From positions 330,338-394,337 of the forward strand of contig DATJLR010000002.1 of assembly GCA_035509435.1 (NCBI GenBank): a stretch of 64,000 bases of DNA, read 5' to 3'. The translations under genes and the position numbers were made by a program. Below, in pieces: positions 47,525-57,167 of this stretch; positions within the stretch are counted from its first letter, which is position 1; every line of letters begins with the position of its first letter. Below the pieces are notes generated by a model that had not been told where the DNA came from, did not search any database, and saw nothing but the letters and a program-made list of their open reading frames with translations. The stretch is from Minisyncoccota bacterium (GTDB lineage: Bacteria > Patescibacteriota > Minisyncoccia > UBA6257 > 2-01-FULL-56-20).

Positions 47525-48136
47525 TTGAGCGCACAAGTGATAGGTCTCGTCTCGGGCGGCTTGGTAATCGCAAGCATCGTTCCCTACGCCATCCGAGTGC
47601 ATCAGGGCAAGATCCATCCGGTTCCCACGAGCTGGTTGCTCTGGTCTTTCATCGGCCTCGCGCTCTTGCTCACTTACCGGAGCGCGGGCGCAACCGAAAA
47701 CGTATGGCCAGCAGTGTTCGGGTTTAGCAATCCGACGATCATCGCAATCATGGCCATCTCAAAACGCGAGCGATGGAAAAAGCCGGAACTGCACGAATGG
47801 TTCTGTCTCATCCTTGGCGTTGTAACCCTCATCGCTTGGTGGTTCGTCCGCCAGAGTCAGGAGCTTTCGCAGTGGGCATTACTCCTTGCGATCGTGGCTG
47901 ATCTCTTTGCGTGGGGTCCGACGGCGTTGTTCTTCTGGCGTCACCCCGAAGAGGATCGTCCGGCTGCGTGGTTCATCTTCGCAGTCGGTTACTTCATCAC
48001 GATCTTCGCCATCACAGAGCACACTCTTTCGAATTACATCCTGCCGCTCTACATGGCAGCGGGATCGTTCACGAGCACATTGCTCCTGTCGGTGCCTCGC
48101 CTCAAACGCAGGATACCGCTCAAGGAATGGATTTGA
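47525..48136 (+). CDS. multi-TM membrane protein, paralogue of 45997-46602
   Basis: TTG start with SD AAGGAGGT; GKIHPVPTSW and GPTALF...EDRPAAW motifs. Confidence 0.8.
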   Translation: MSAQVIGLVSGGLVIASIVPYAIRVHQGKIHPVPTSWLLWSFIGLALLLTYRSAGATENVWPAVFGFSNPTIIAIMAISKRERWKKPELHEWFCLILGVVTLIAWWFVRQSQELSQWALLLAIVADLFAWGPTALFFWRHPEEDRPAAWFIFAVGYFITIFAITEHTLSNYILPLYMAAGSFTSTLLLSVPRLKRRIPLKEWI

Positions 48137-48286
48137 CTCAAACTCAACATGGCCCGGGCAGCGAAAGCACCCGGGCTGTTTTATTATCGTGTCGTGGTAT
48201 GCGGATGATGGACTCAGAACTAAAAAAGATAAGAAAATGCCCCAGCTTTTAGCCGAGGCATTAAACGTTAGCGTGTCTTGCAATTC

Positions 48287-49102
48287 TCACGCTACTTCCA
48301 AGATGTCGCCAATCTCCAATCCTCCATGGTGAAGGCAGGCGAAGTTCTTGCCGAACACGACGCCCTTCACGGGAATGCCGGGAAGTGCGGGCAGGCGGCG
48401 ATACTTGCTCAAAGCGAGAAGAGGTTCTTTCCCATTCAGACCCGTCTCCTGATCTATTGTGGGAATGGGACAGCGGACGCAGAGCTTGCCCCCTTTGAGA
48501 GTTGCTTCGGTCGTATCAATCACGTCCCACCCATCTTCGGCATACGGATCACAGTCGGTCACCACGATGTTTGGCCGAAACCGATTCATCGGAATGGGAA
48601 CCGTTGTCCGTGAGTTAAGGTCATCCAGCGATGCTTGGGAGATGAGAAGCAGAGGATATCCATCCGCAAAGCTGAGCGGAATATCGTTACCGCCCCTCGG
48701 ATCTTCGCGCTTCCGCTGGAAAGTTGGATCGTACTGAAGCAAGCGACAAGGAACGCCAAGGTTCTTTTCAAACCACCTGGAAGGCCTGTCACCCATGTCG
48801 ATGCCACGTCCGACGCGACCCCAGATGTCCACTTCCACCTTCTCGCCCTCGCCATCCGAAAGCGGAATTATCAATCTGTCGTCGTAATCCGCAGTCATCA
48901 CCTCAAGCCACTCATTGCAGATGGACGTGCGAATGAGGCACATCTTAGGCACTTTCCTTTGCGAGAGGAATGCCCCGTTGGAATCGATCAGGACAAATTC
49001 CCGATCGTGTTCAAAGCCGGATGGCGTGAGGACGGCCCGATCAACCGGGATGCCCCCGCAGGATTTGATGGGGTAAATGTACAGTTCCGCTATTTTTGGC
49101 AC
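48287..49102 (-). CDS. MOSC-domain protein (YcbX/mARC-like)
   Basis: LYIYPIKSCGG, FADGYPLL, RFRPNIVV and CVRC motifs. Confidence 0.92.
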   Translation of the reverse strand: MPKIAELYIYPIKSCGGIPVDRAVLTPSGFEHDREFVLIDSNGAFLSQRKVPKMCLIRTSICNEWLEVMTADYDDRLIIPLSDGEGEKVEVDIWGRVGRGIDMGDRPSRWFEKNLGVPCRLLQYDPTFQRKREDPRGGNDIPLSFADGYPLLLISQASLDDLNSRTTVPIPMNRFRPNIVVTDCDPYAEDGWDVIDTTEATLKGGKLCVRCPIPTIDQETGLNGKEPLLALSKYRRLPALPGIPVKGVVFGKNFACLHHGGLEIGDILEVA

Positions 49103-49174
49103 GGAGGCCTCCTTTGGAAAAACTAGCCGTAGAATATCACTTCCCTAAAGAAGTGGCAATTCAAAATTGACGGC

Positions 49175-49243
49175 GTTGCGAATCGTTGCCGGGCAGCCTC
49201 TTAGGACGCAGTATCGTGCGTCCAGGGAGCGTCGAGGCCTCCC
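49175..49243 (+). repeat. palindromic repeat copy C (left arm plus core)
   Basis: 59 bp identical to copy B (49175-49233 versus 45717-45775); diverges afterwards. Confidence 0.92.
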
Positions 49244-49332
49244 GAAAATGTGTGACCCGCAAGCCACGTCCTGCCTGCGTCGAAAAAGTTCTGGACCGGG
49301 GTGTCCAGCTATCTGCAAGGTATTAGGTTGAT

Positions 49333-50865
49333 CTATTGCGGCACGGGGACACGCCCTACCGGTTCCTTTTCGATCTCCCCGCTACGCTTGAGCCGGCGGC
49401 CGAGCGCGATATATTTGCGCGCGGAATTCTTCCAGGAAAAATCCTGCGCCATGGCCCGCTCGATAAGATGCTCCCATTCGCCCTTGTTGCGGTAACTTTC
49501 GTGGGCACGGACGATCGTGATGAGCAGCGCGTTCGGATCGAACGGCGCAAATACAAATCCGGTCCCCTTCCCGTGGTGCGGATCAAAATCCTCCACAGTA
49601 TCCGCAAGACCACCCGTCCTCCGGACGATCGGGATGCATCCGTAACGCATCGCCTCCAGCTGTACAAGGCCTGACGGCTCGAACCGCGACGGGATCAGGA
49701 TCGCATCCGCGCCGGCATAGATCATGCGCGGGATCTTGTCATCATATTCCAAATGGACGCTCACCCGATCCGGATATTTTTCGGAAAGCTCTTTGAAGAA
49801 TTTTTTATATTTTGAATCGCCGTCGCCGAGGAGAACGAACTGGAACGCCAGGTTGTCGAGGAGCGGCTGCATCGTGGATTCAAGCAGCGCGAACCCTTTT
49901 TGCTCGCTCAAACGCCCGTTCATCGCGATCAGCATCGTGTTCTCGTCCTCCTTGAGGCCGAACAGGCGCTGAAGAGCCGCTTTGTTCTTGGCGCGCCCGG
50001 CAAGATGGCGGCCGCTGTAGCGGGAAGTGATCTGCGTGTCGGTCGCAGGATCGAACCGCTCGGCATCGATGCCGTTCATGATGCCCACAAGGTTCTCGCG
50101 GCGCTCCTGCAATATCCCCTCCAGCCCTTCGCCGTATTCTTCCGTGGTGATCTCCTGCGCGTACGTGGGCGAGACCGTGACGACCTCATCCGCGTACAGG
50201 ATCCCGCGGCGCATGCCGTTCAAAAAATTCATATCGGTGAAGAACGGCGGGATCGGTTTTCTGCCGAAATCCGCGTCCATTTCCGGGACGAATGACGGAT
50301 CGAATGTTCCCTGATAGCGAAGGTTATGGATGCAGAAAATACTGCTGATGCCGTTGAGGTCTTCGTCCTCCGCGTATTCGGTCTTTAAAAGATCCGGAAT
50401 GAACCCTGTCTGCCAATCGCTTGCAATGATGAAGTCCGGCTTCCACTTTGATCGCTTTACGAATTCGATAGCGCATCGCGAAAGAAGCACCCATCGCATT
50501 GTATCGTCCGCGTAGCCGTAGACGTTCGCGCGTTTTTCAAAACATTCCATATTTTCCAAAAAATAGGTGATGCCTTTTTCGTCCCCGGTGTGGATCATGA
50601 TGTTGGAAACCAGGAGACCATTCGGATCTTCCTCTTTTGGCGCGACGCGCAGCCGCTCCATATGCAATTTTACCGGGAACTTTTCCTGGTCCATGCTGGC
50701 ATATTTAGGGACAAAAACACGGGCGTCGCAGCCAAGCTCTCGCATCGCGCGGGGCAATGCCCGCAATACCTCTCCAAGCCCTCCTACTTTTGCAAATGGC
50801 GCTGCCTCAGAACCGACAAAAAGCACCTTAAGCGGCTTTTCCGAAGCCGGAAGTTTTAATTTCAT
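49333..50865 (-). CDS. glgA: glycogen synthase (GT5)
   Basis: KVGGLG, IHNLRYQG, RLSEQKG, PSRFEPSGL and TGGLADTV motifs. Confidence 0.93.
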   Translation of the reverse strand: MKLKLPASEKPLKVLFVGSEAAPFAKVGGLGEVLRALPRAMRELGCDARVFVPKYASMDQEKFPVKLHMERLRVAPKEEDPNGLLVSNIMIHTGDEKGITYFLENMECFEKRANVYGYADDTMRWVLLSRCAIEFVKRSKWKPDFIIASDWQTGFIPDLLKTEYAEDEDLNGISSIFCIHNLRYQGTFDPSFVPEMDADFGRKPIPPFFTDMNFLNGMRRGILYADEVVTVSPTYAQEITTEEYGEGLEGILQERRENLVGIMNGIDAERFDPATDTQITSRYSGRHLAGRAKNKAALQRLFGLKEDENTMLIAMNGRLSEQKGFALLESTMQPLLDNLAFQFVLLGDGDSKYKKFFKELSEKYPDRVSVHLEYDDKIPRMIYAGADAILIPSRFEPSGLVQLEAMRYGCIPIVRRTGGLADTVEDFDPHHGKGTGFVFAPFDPNALLITIVRAHESYRNKGEWEHLIERAMAQDFSWKNSARKYIALGRRLKRSGEIEKEPVGRVPVPQ

Positions 50866-50923
50866 GCATATTCATTATACCACGGAGCCTCATTGCGCCG
50901 CACATGCGCGCGAAGAAGGTGCG

Positions 50924-51661
50924 CTATGATGCCATGTTCGCTTTAAAGAACGCGAGCACTTTCTTCCACGCATCATCCGCGGCTTCGCGGTTATACATGC
51001 GGGGATTTGTGTCGTTGAAGAACGCATGTCCCGCGCCCGGATATACGATGGGGTCGAAAACCTTCCCGTTCTTTTTCATATCTTCTTTTAATGCTGGCAG
51101 GGATTCCATAAGATTGGCATCCTGGTCGCCATAGAAGGCAAGAATAGGGCACGTGATGTCCGCGATCTCCCCTTCTGCGGGCGGATGGCCGTAGAACGGC
51201 GCGGCGGCCTTCACGCGAGGATCATGCGCGGCGAGATGAAAGCTATACGTGCCGCCAAAACAAAAACCCACCACGCCGATGGCGCCGTTCACGCGCTCAT
51301 CAGCCATCAGATGGTCCACGCACGCCTTCAGGGTCGCTATCGTATGCTCCGCGTATTCCGGCTGCTGCGTCGGCGCCATTGCGGCGCGCAGTTTCGGCTG
51401 GACCTCGTTGCGCTTTTCCGGATCAAAAAGATCCTGCTGCAGCTGCGGGGTGAGGATCGCAAGCAGCCCTTCCGGCAAAAGTTCAGGTGAGATCACATTG
51501 TATCCTTCCGCGGCAAACCGGTCCACGACCGAACGGATGTGGCCGTTCACGCCCCAGATCTCTTCTATAAGGACCAGTCCGGGGTATTTTTTGCCGTCAT
51601 CGGGATACGCCTGATATGCCGCCGCGCCGTTGATCGTCAGATCCTTTTTTATGATGTTCAT
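50924..51661 (-). CDS. dienelactone hydrolase family protein
   Basis: EIWG, GFCFGG and AGHAF motifs. Confidence 0.92.
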   Translation of the reverse strand: MNIIKKDLTINGAAAYQAYPDDGKKYPGLVLIEEIWGVNGHIRSVVDRFAAEGYNVISPELLPEGLLAILTPQLQQDLFDPEKRNEVQPKLRAAMAPTQQPEYAEHTIATLKACVDHLMADERVNGAIGVVGFCFGGTYSFHLAAHDPRVKAAAPFYGHPPAEGEIADITCPILAFYGDQDANLMESLPALKEDMKKNGKVFDPIVYPGAGHAFFNDTNPRMYNREAADDAWKKVLAFFKANMAS

Positions 51662-51709
51662 ATTCCTATGATACCACGCGCCCGGCGATTTTATTACCGT
51701 GCGCGGCGA

Positions 51710-53161
51710 TCAGAGCGCGGTTGCCGTGATCTTCGTTACGCGGATCTGGCTGTTCCCCGCTTGGGGATCCCACGTGATGAAGCCGATGCCGCCGCGCGGC
51801 AACACATCGCCGTTCATCACGGCGGAAATCGTCTGATTGTCCACGCCGCATTGCACATTCGCTCCATTTACCGTCATGGAAACGGGAAAACCGATGCCGA
51901 ACATGTGGGCCGCGCTTGTCGTAAGCGTTTCGCCCGGACTCAACTGGATCGTCTGGCCGTTCTGGATCATATTGATGCTCACATTCGTGTCAGCCGCGTC
52001 CACATCGGAAAAAATGCACTCCAGTAAATTCCCGCCATCCATGCGGCGGGCGACGAGGTCGAACGTCTGCCCGCTTACCCATCCCACATAAGCGGTATAC
52101 GTATAGTTGATCCAGCCGCCGGAACCGTTCAGGAATATTCCGGCGCTTGTACCCGTAATGTCCGTACCGAGGTTCAATGCCCCGCCGGTCGTGGAAAAAA
52201 CGCCCCAACCGCTACCCCAATCGGCCGCGCTGAAGGTGGATGTTGAATACGGAAGCGGGATGATAGATGCGGCAGGCGGCGCGGGCGTGGGATTGGATGC
52301 CGGCGCGGCGGACTGGGCGGCCGCCTGGGAGGGCGTGGCGACGGGAAATGGGACGCTGATGGTCTCGTTCGAAAGCGGCATCACGGAAACCTCGCTCACC
52401 GCCACCCCTTTTTGCGACGCCGGCTGGCCGAACGTCACGAATCCGATCCCGCCGACCGGCGATTCATTCGCCGCAACGTGCGTGGCAACCGCCTCGTGGC
52501 CGTTCATCATGCAGCCGATGTCATTGCCATATACTTCCATGCCGAAATTCTCGGACGCGCCCTGCGCTGCCGTCGTTGATGCGGCCGCGTATGCGATCTG
52601 CGTATCGGCGGTGTTCACGCGCTCGATCACCTCCGTACCGTTGGGACCAAACTCGCAATAGACAAAATCCTGCTGGTTGTTGGAAACACGGGCCACGATA
52701 TCGAACCATCCGCCTTCAAGCGGCGAGGCGTCCGCATTCACGGCGTAGTTCGTCCAGGAAGATGCGCCGGCCAAAAAGCTGTTCGCGCCGTGCGTTGCCG
52801 GATCGGGAATGAGCGTCAGCATATTGTTCTCATAGGAAAGCGCCCCCCATGCTTTTGGCCAATAGGTGGATGTCGCGGTTGCGGGACCGAATGAATACGG
52901 CAACGGAAGTGACGCGGCCGCTTTTACCGAAGACGGGACAGAAATGATAACGGTGCTCGTAGGGATCGTCTCAACATTCTGTTGCGGATTTTCCGGCAGC
53001 GACGGCGCTGAGGCCGAGGACGACGCAACCGCGGAAACGGACGGCGGAACCGGATTCGCAGTATTTTTTTGCGCTTTGATATAGAAAAGACCGCCTGCGA
53101 TCGCGCCGCCGATCACAATGAGCGATGCGAAGAATATGCCAAGTTCGGTCTTCCGGTTCAT
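51710..53161 (-). CDS. membrane-anchored protein with two tandem ConA/beta-sandwich-like domains
   Basis: N-terminal TM; internal repeat PLPYS...W..WG...W.NY...GGIGF. Confidence 0.75.
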   Translation of the reverse strand: MNRKTELGIFFASLIVIGGAIAGGLFYIKAQKNTANPVPPSVSAVASSSASAPSLPENPQQNVETIPTSTVIISVPSSVKAAASLPLPYSFGPATATSTYWPKAWGALSYENNMLTLIPDPATHGANSFLAGASSWTNYAVNADASPLEGGWFDIVARVSNNQQDFVYCEFGPNGTEVIERVNTADTQIAYAAASTTAAQGASENFGMEVYGNDIGCMMNGHEAVATHVAANESPVGGIGFVTFGQPASQKGVAVSEVSVMPLSNETISVPFPVATPSQAAAQSAAPASNPTPAPPAASIIPLPYSTSTFSAADWGSGWGVFSTTGGALNLGTDITGTSAGIFLNGSGGWINYTYTAYVGWVSGQTFDLVARRMDGGNLLECIFSDVDAADTNVSINMIQNGQTIQLSPGETLTTSAAHMFGIGFPVSMTVNGANVQCGVDNQTISAVMNGDVLPRGGIGFITWDPQAGNSQIRVTKITATAL

Positions 53162-53180
53162 CGGAAATGCGACAATAGGG

Positions 53181-53912
53181 CTAGTGCACGAGCCCTTCTT
53201 TTTTGCCGTAGGCCGTGAGTGCGTCCATGATATCGCTCATGGTATCCACTATAAAATATTTCTTGTGATATTCGTAGGTGCGTCCGGAGGTCGCAATGAC
53301 CGTTTTAAGGTCGAACGGGACCACCTTCCCTTTTTTGATCATGTTCATCGCGTGTTTGGATTCTCCATATGACGAAAGCAATCCGGCGCCGAGAAATTTT
53401 ATTTTTCCTTTCTCTTTGATCATGCCGAACTCAACGCCGAGCGACCAGATGCGCGAGATATGGAGCAGCTGGCGCTTGTTCGCGCGGCTGCACATATCGC
53501 CGAACTTCTGCGCCATCGCCGCGAATTTCTTATCGGTAAGGAACGGCAGGTGGCCGAAATATTCATGGAACAGGTCCGGCGTCGCGGAATAATCGAAATG
53601 TTCCGGCTTGCGGATATAATCGGTGACCGGGAACGAACGCTTCTTCATCGCCACAAACCAATCTTCCATGGACATCGTGATGTTGCCGGCGCTGGAAAGT
53701 TTCCATCCGGTCATGCGGTTGATCCGCGCGCTCACGCGGCGCTGGTCGGGAACATGCTTGGAATCGAGCGCGAGTTTCTTTGAACCGGCGAGAAATTCCT
53801 TGCAGGCGTAATCTGCCACAAGCGCTTTCTGGCGCGCAAAAAGTCGCGCCCAGGTGGCGTGGTCTTCGACCGAATACTTCGTGCGGAGTTTCACTTGCGT
53901 CGCGGTAGCCAT
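53181..53912 (-). CDS. phhA: aromatic amino acid hydroxylase (phenylalanine 4-monooxygenase-like)
   Basis: PDLFHEYFGHLP (two His iron ligands), VEFG, GAGLLSSYGE (Glu ligand). Confidence 0.88.
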   Translation of the reverse strand: MATATQVKLRTKYSVEDHATWARLFARQKALVADYACKEFLAGSKKLALDSKHVPDQRRVSARINRMTGWKLSSAGNITMSMEDWFVAMKKRSFPVTDYIRKPEHFDYSATPDLFHEYFGHLPFLTDKKFAAMAQKFGDMCSRANKRQLLHISRIWSLGVEFGMIKEKGKIKFLGAGLLSSYGESKHAMNMIKKGKVVPFDLKTVIATSGRTYEYHKKYFIVDTMSDIMDALTAYGKKEGLVH

Positions 53913-53985
53913 GGGAAATACTGGGGTAATATAGCATAGAGAATATCATTTGTCAACTTTCACATAATTGTGTATTCTTTATGCC

Positions 53986-54891
53986 ATGAAACGGTTCATG
54001 CAATGGCTCGACGACCGCACGTTCCAGCGCCGCACGATCATCCGGTATACATTCCTGTACCTGAAGGCGCGGTGGAAGAACGGTTTCAAAGGTCCCACGA
54101 TCCTCTTTTACCCGGACGTGCCCCGGGTGTGGAACGTCATCTATCTCGTATGCAAGGTGCTCGGGTATCGCATCACGAACGATCCCGACGCGCATTTTGA
54201 CATGGCGATGGCGTTCCAGGACATCACGGTGCGTCCAGAAAATAAGACGCTCGCCGAACTTTCAAAAAGGCGCGAAGTGCTCAACGGTCGCTGCGGCGAC
54301 ATCAGCAAGGCGCGCGTGGATCGGATATTCCTTGAAACATTCGGGTACGGGCTCACGATCGATCCGCGCACCCATCGCGGGAGTTATGTCAAAAAAACGG
54401 ACACGAACGCCCTCCATATTGCGACAATAGAGGCCGCACCGGCCGAACCGGAGAACGGATTCGTCTATCAGAAACTGATAGACAACAAGGGTGACAGCGA
54501 CACCACTACCGATATCCGGACCTTTATTTTTGACGACACGATTCCTTTTACGCTTTATAGAAATCACGACATCAATGACCGCTTCGGCGATGAAACGATC
54601 GTCGCCGCACGGGTGGATGCGAATAAGGCGTTCAGCAAAGAAGAACAGGCACAGATCATCCGCTTCTGCAAGAACTTCGGCCTCGACTATGGCGAGCTCG
54701 ATATCCTCCGCGACAAAAATGACGGACGGATCTATATCGTGGACGTGAACAATACACCGTCGGGACCGCATCCCGGCGTGCATATGTCAAAAGCGGATTA
54801 CGGCCGCTTTGTGGCAGAGCTGGCTGCGGCGTTCGAAAAAATGGTACGCAACGCCATCGATAAGAACTCAAGCCACATTCCGGCCGTATAG
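53986..54891 (+). CDS. ATP-grasp-like protein
   Basis: YVKK, VYQKLI, DIR and DYGELDILRD...IVDVNNTP motifs. Confidence 0.7.
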   Translation: MKRFMQWLDDRTFQRRTIIRYTFLYLKARWKNGFKGPTILFYPDVPRVWNVIYLVCKVLGYRITNDPDAHFDMAMAFQDITVRPENKTLAELSKRREVLNGRCGDISKARVDRIFLETFGYGLTIDPRTHRGSYVKKTDTNALHIATIEAAPAEPENGFVYQKLIDNKGDSDTTTDIRTFIFDDTIPFTLYRNHDINDRFGDETIVAARVDANKAFSKEEQAQIIRFCKNFGLDYGELDILRDKNDGRIYIVDVNNTPSGPHPGVHMSKADYGRFVAELAAAFEKMVRNAIDKNSSHIPAV

Positions 54892-55730
54892 ATCATGTTC
54901 ATAAGCACCGTTTTGAACGGATGGTTCCCGATATTTTTCATGCAGGCGAGAACGATGATGAATGGATACCACCAGATATAGAACGTAAGCGGCAGGCCAA
55001 AAAAATACATCGTATAGACGGTGATGTAAAGGTTTCCGCCCAGTAATTCGCGGGAAAGTTCTGGATGCTTTACAAGGATCCTCGCGCGCGCCTTTCCGTA
55101 CCGGAATGAACGGTGGATCTCTTCGCTGAACGTCCCCCAATCATGGGTAACGACTGCCGCGCGATGGAACAGGATCCGATTTCCCGCTTTTGTGCAACGC
55201 CAGGTAAAATCAGCGTCCGATCCGTATAAAAACGATTCATCGAACTTCCCCACAGTTTCCCAAAGCGCCTTTTTGAACGCAAGATTGCTCGTGGCGGTCG
55301 TCGTGACATATCCGTCGTTCCGATCGTGCTCGGGATTTATATTCACGTACACATTCGGATCGGTGGCGCGGACAACGCCCGCGACCATTGTCTCTTTCCC
55401 TTCGAGGATCGGCCGGGTGAGCTCCACCAGCCAATCACCCACGGGAACACAATTCGCGTCGATAAAGACGATGATATCCCCTTGTGCAAGCGCGACGGCT
55501 GCGTTGCGTTGTTCGGGGATGGAGGTCTTATTGGCCACCGCGGGCACAAATTGATGCCAGCGGACAGCCGGATGCGCGGCGCGGATATCGGCAAGCCGGG
55601 AAGGATCTGACGCATCGACCACGATGACCTCCGTGGCGGCGGGCTTTTTTTGCGCTTCGAGCGCGGTAAGTGTGTTTGCAATGCCGCGATCGTTCTTTAC
55701 TATCGTAATGACGGATATCTCGGGCTTCAT
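54798..55730 (-). CDS. glycosyltransferase family 2
   Basis: ISVITIVKN, IVVD, FIDANC and FDESFLYGSDADF motifs. Confidence 0.88.
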   Translation of the reverse strand: MKPEISVITIVKNDRGIANTLTALEAQKKPAATEVIVVDASDPSRLADIRAAHPAVRWHQFVPAVANKTSIPEQRNAAVALAQGDIIVFIDANCVPVGDWLVELTRPILEGKETMVAGVVRATDPNVYVNINPEHDRNDGYVTTTATSNLAFKKALWETVGKFDESFLYGSDADFTWRCTKAGNRILFHRAAVVTHDWGTFSEEIHRSFRYGKARARILVKHPELSRELLGGNLYITVYTMYFFGLPLTFYIWWYPFIIVLACMKNIGNHPFKTVLMNMIYTAGMWLEFLSMALRTIFSNAAASSATKRP

Positions 55731-55797
55731 GATGGAATAAATATATATTTTTTTTGGCATATTGTCAAATTTCACGTTCTTCTATATACTGGAGCGC

Positions 55798-57078
55798 ATG
55801 ACCGGATACGCGCAACGCCTGTGGAACCATTTTTTGACCGACACGCTTTTCCGCAACTCAATTTACCTGATGCTGTCCACGGGGTTCATGGGCGCGTTCG
55901 GGTTCTTTTTCTGGCTCATTTGCGCCCATCTCTTCACTTCCGACCAGATCGGGATCGGCACCGCGCTCATTTCGGCAATGGCGCTCATCTCCGCGATCAG
56001 CACGCTCGGCTTCAACAGCACATTCATCCGGGTGCTTCCCACTTCCACCAACCGGAACGATGAGATCAATACCGGCTCCATCTTGGTGGTTGCCGCCTCC
56101 GCGATCATCGCGACCGCGTATGTGTTCGGCGTATCGTTCATCGCGCCAAAGCTCGGCATCATCCATCAGAACTTCTGGTACGCCGCGGGATTTGTGATCA
56201 CGGTCGCGCTCGCGTCGATCAACTCGCTGAGTGACAGCGTCTTTATCGCCTATCGTGCGGCACATTACGCGCTCATCACCGACGGATTGGTGACGAGCAT
56301 CGCCAAACTGCTCCTGCCGCTCGTATTCGTCGTCCTCGGAGCGTACGGGGTGTTCGCCGCGGCAAGCTTTGCGGCATCGATCGGCATGGTCGCGAGCATC
56401 TTCTACATGGTCCGGAAGTTCAATTATCATCCGCGCTTTACGGTCAGCGTTCCCGTGATCAAACAAGTGTTCCATTACTCGTTCACGAATTACATCGCCG
56501 ACCTTTTTAACATGGTTCCCACGCTTGTCCTTCCCATCATCGTGCTTGACGTGCTGGGCGCCGCGCCGACGGGCTATTTCTTTCTGGCATTCATGATCGT
56601 CAATTTGATCTACGCCGTTCCGGCTGCCGTTTCCGGATCGCTTTTTGCAGAAGGGTCGTACGGCGTCACCGCGCTGCGTACATTGCTGAAACGTTCAGCG
56701 GTCCTGTTGACCGCGATCATGGTCCCCGCGGCGATCCTATTCGCGGCGATCGGCCCGTTCGTCCTTGGATTTTTCGGAAAGGAATACAGCACCGGCGGCG
56801 CGGGCGTAATCATCGTCCTCGCGCTCAGCGCGCCGGCGGTCGCCTGCTTTGACATCGGAAGCTCGCTCCTCCGGATAACGAAGCAAGTATATTCGCTGGT
56901 GGTCGTGAATATTTTTTACGCGGCAGTGGTGTGCGCGTGCGCGCTGCTATGGGCATCACGCGGCATCGATTGGGTGGCGGCGGCGTGGCTTGCCGGCAAT
57001 GTGGTGGCGGCAATAATGGCATTTCTTTTTGTTTTTCAGGGTCATCAGCGCCACCTGCGGATGCAAGCGGCCAAATAA
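55798..57078 (+). CDS. oligosaccharide flippase (Wzx/MATE-like)
   Basis: LFRNSIYLM N-terminus; about 12 TM segments. Confidence 0.85.
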   Translation: MTGYAQRLWNHFLTDTLFRNSIYLMLSTGFMGAFGFFFWLICAHLFTSDQIGIGTALISAMALISAISTLGFNSTFIRVLPTSTNRNDEINTGSILVVAASAIIATAYVFGVSFIAPKLGIIHQNFWYAAGFVITVALASINSLSDSVFIAYRAAHYALITDGLVTSIAKLLLPLVFVVLGAYGVFAAASFAASIGMVASIFYMVRKFNYHPRFTVSVPVIKQVFHYSFTNYIADLFNMVPTLVLPIIVLDVLGAAPTGYFFLAFMIVNLIYAVPAAVSGSLFAEGSYGVTALRTLLKRSAVLLTAIMVPAAILFAAIGPFVLGFFGKEYSTGGAGVIIVLALSAPAVACFDIGSSLLRITKQVYSLVVVNIFYAAVVCACALLWASRGIDWVAAAWLAGNVVAAIMAFLFVFQGHQRHLRMQAAK

Positions 57079-57167
57079 GGCTTATTTTTGCTGTATTTCC
57101 GGCGGACTGGACAAAATTAAATAAATATGCTACAAATAGGCATATTAAATAAACATTAAAGGCGTCT

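Noticed and set aside
43679-49243. CRISPR array interpretation of the 40-bp palindromic repeat
   Set aside because: The intervals are 2.1 and 3.5 kb of genes rather than 30-40 bp spacers, and there are no cas genes.
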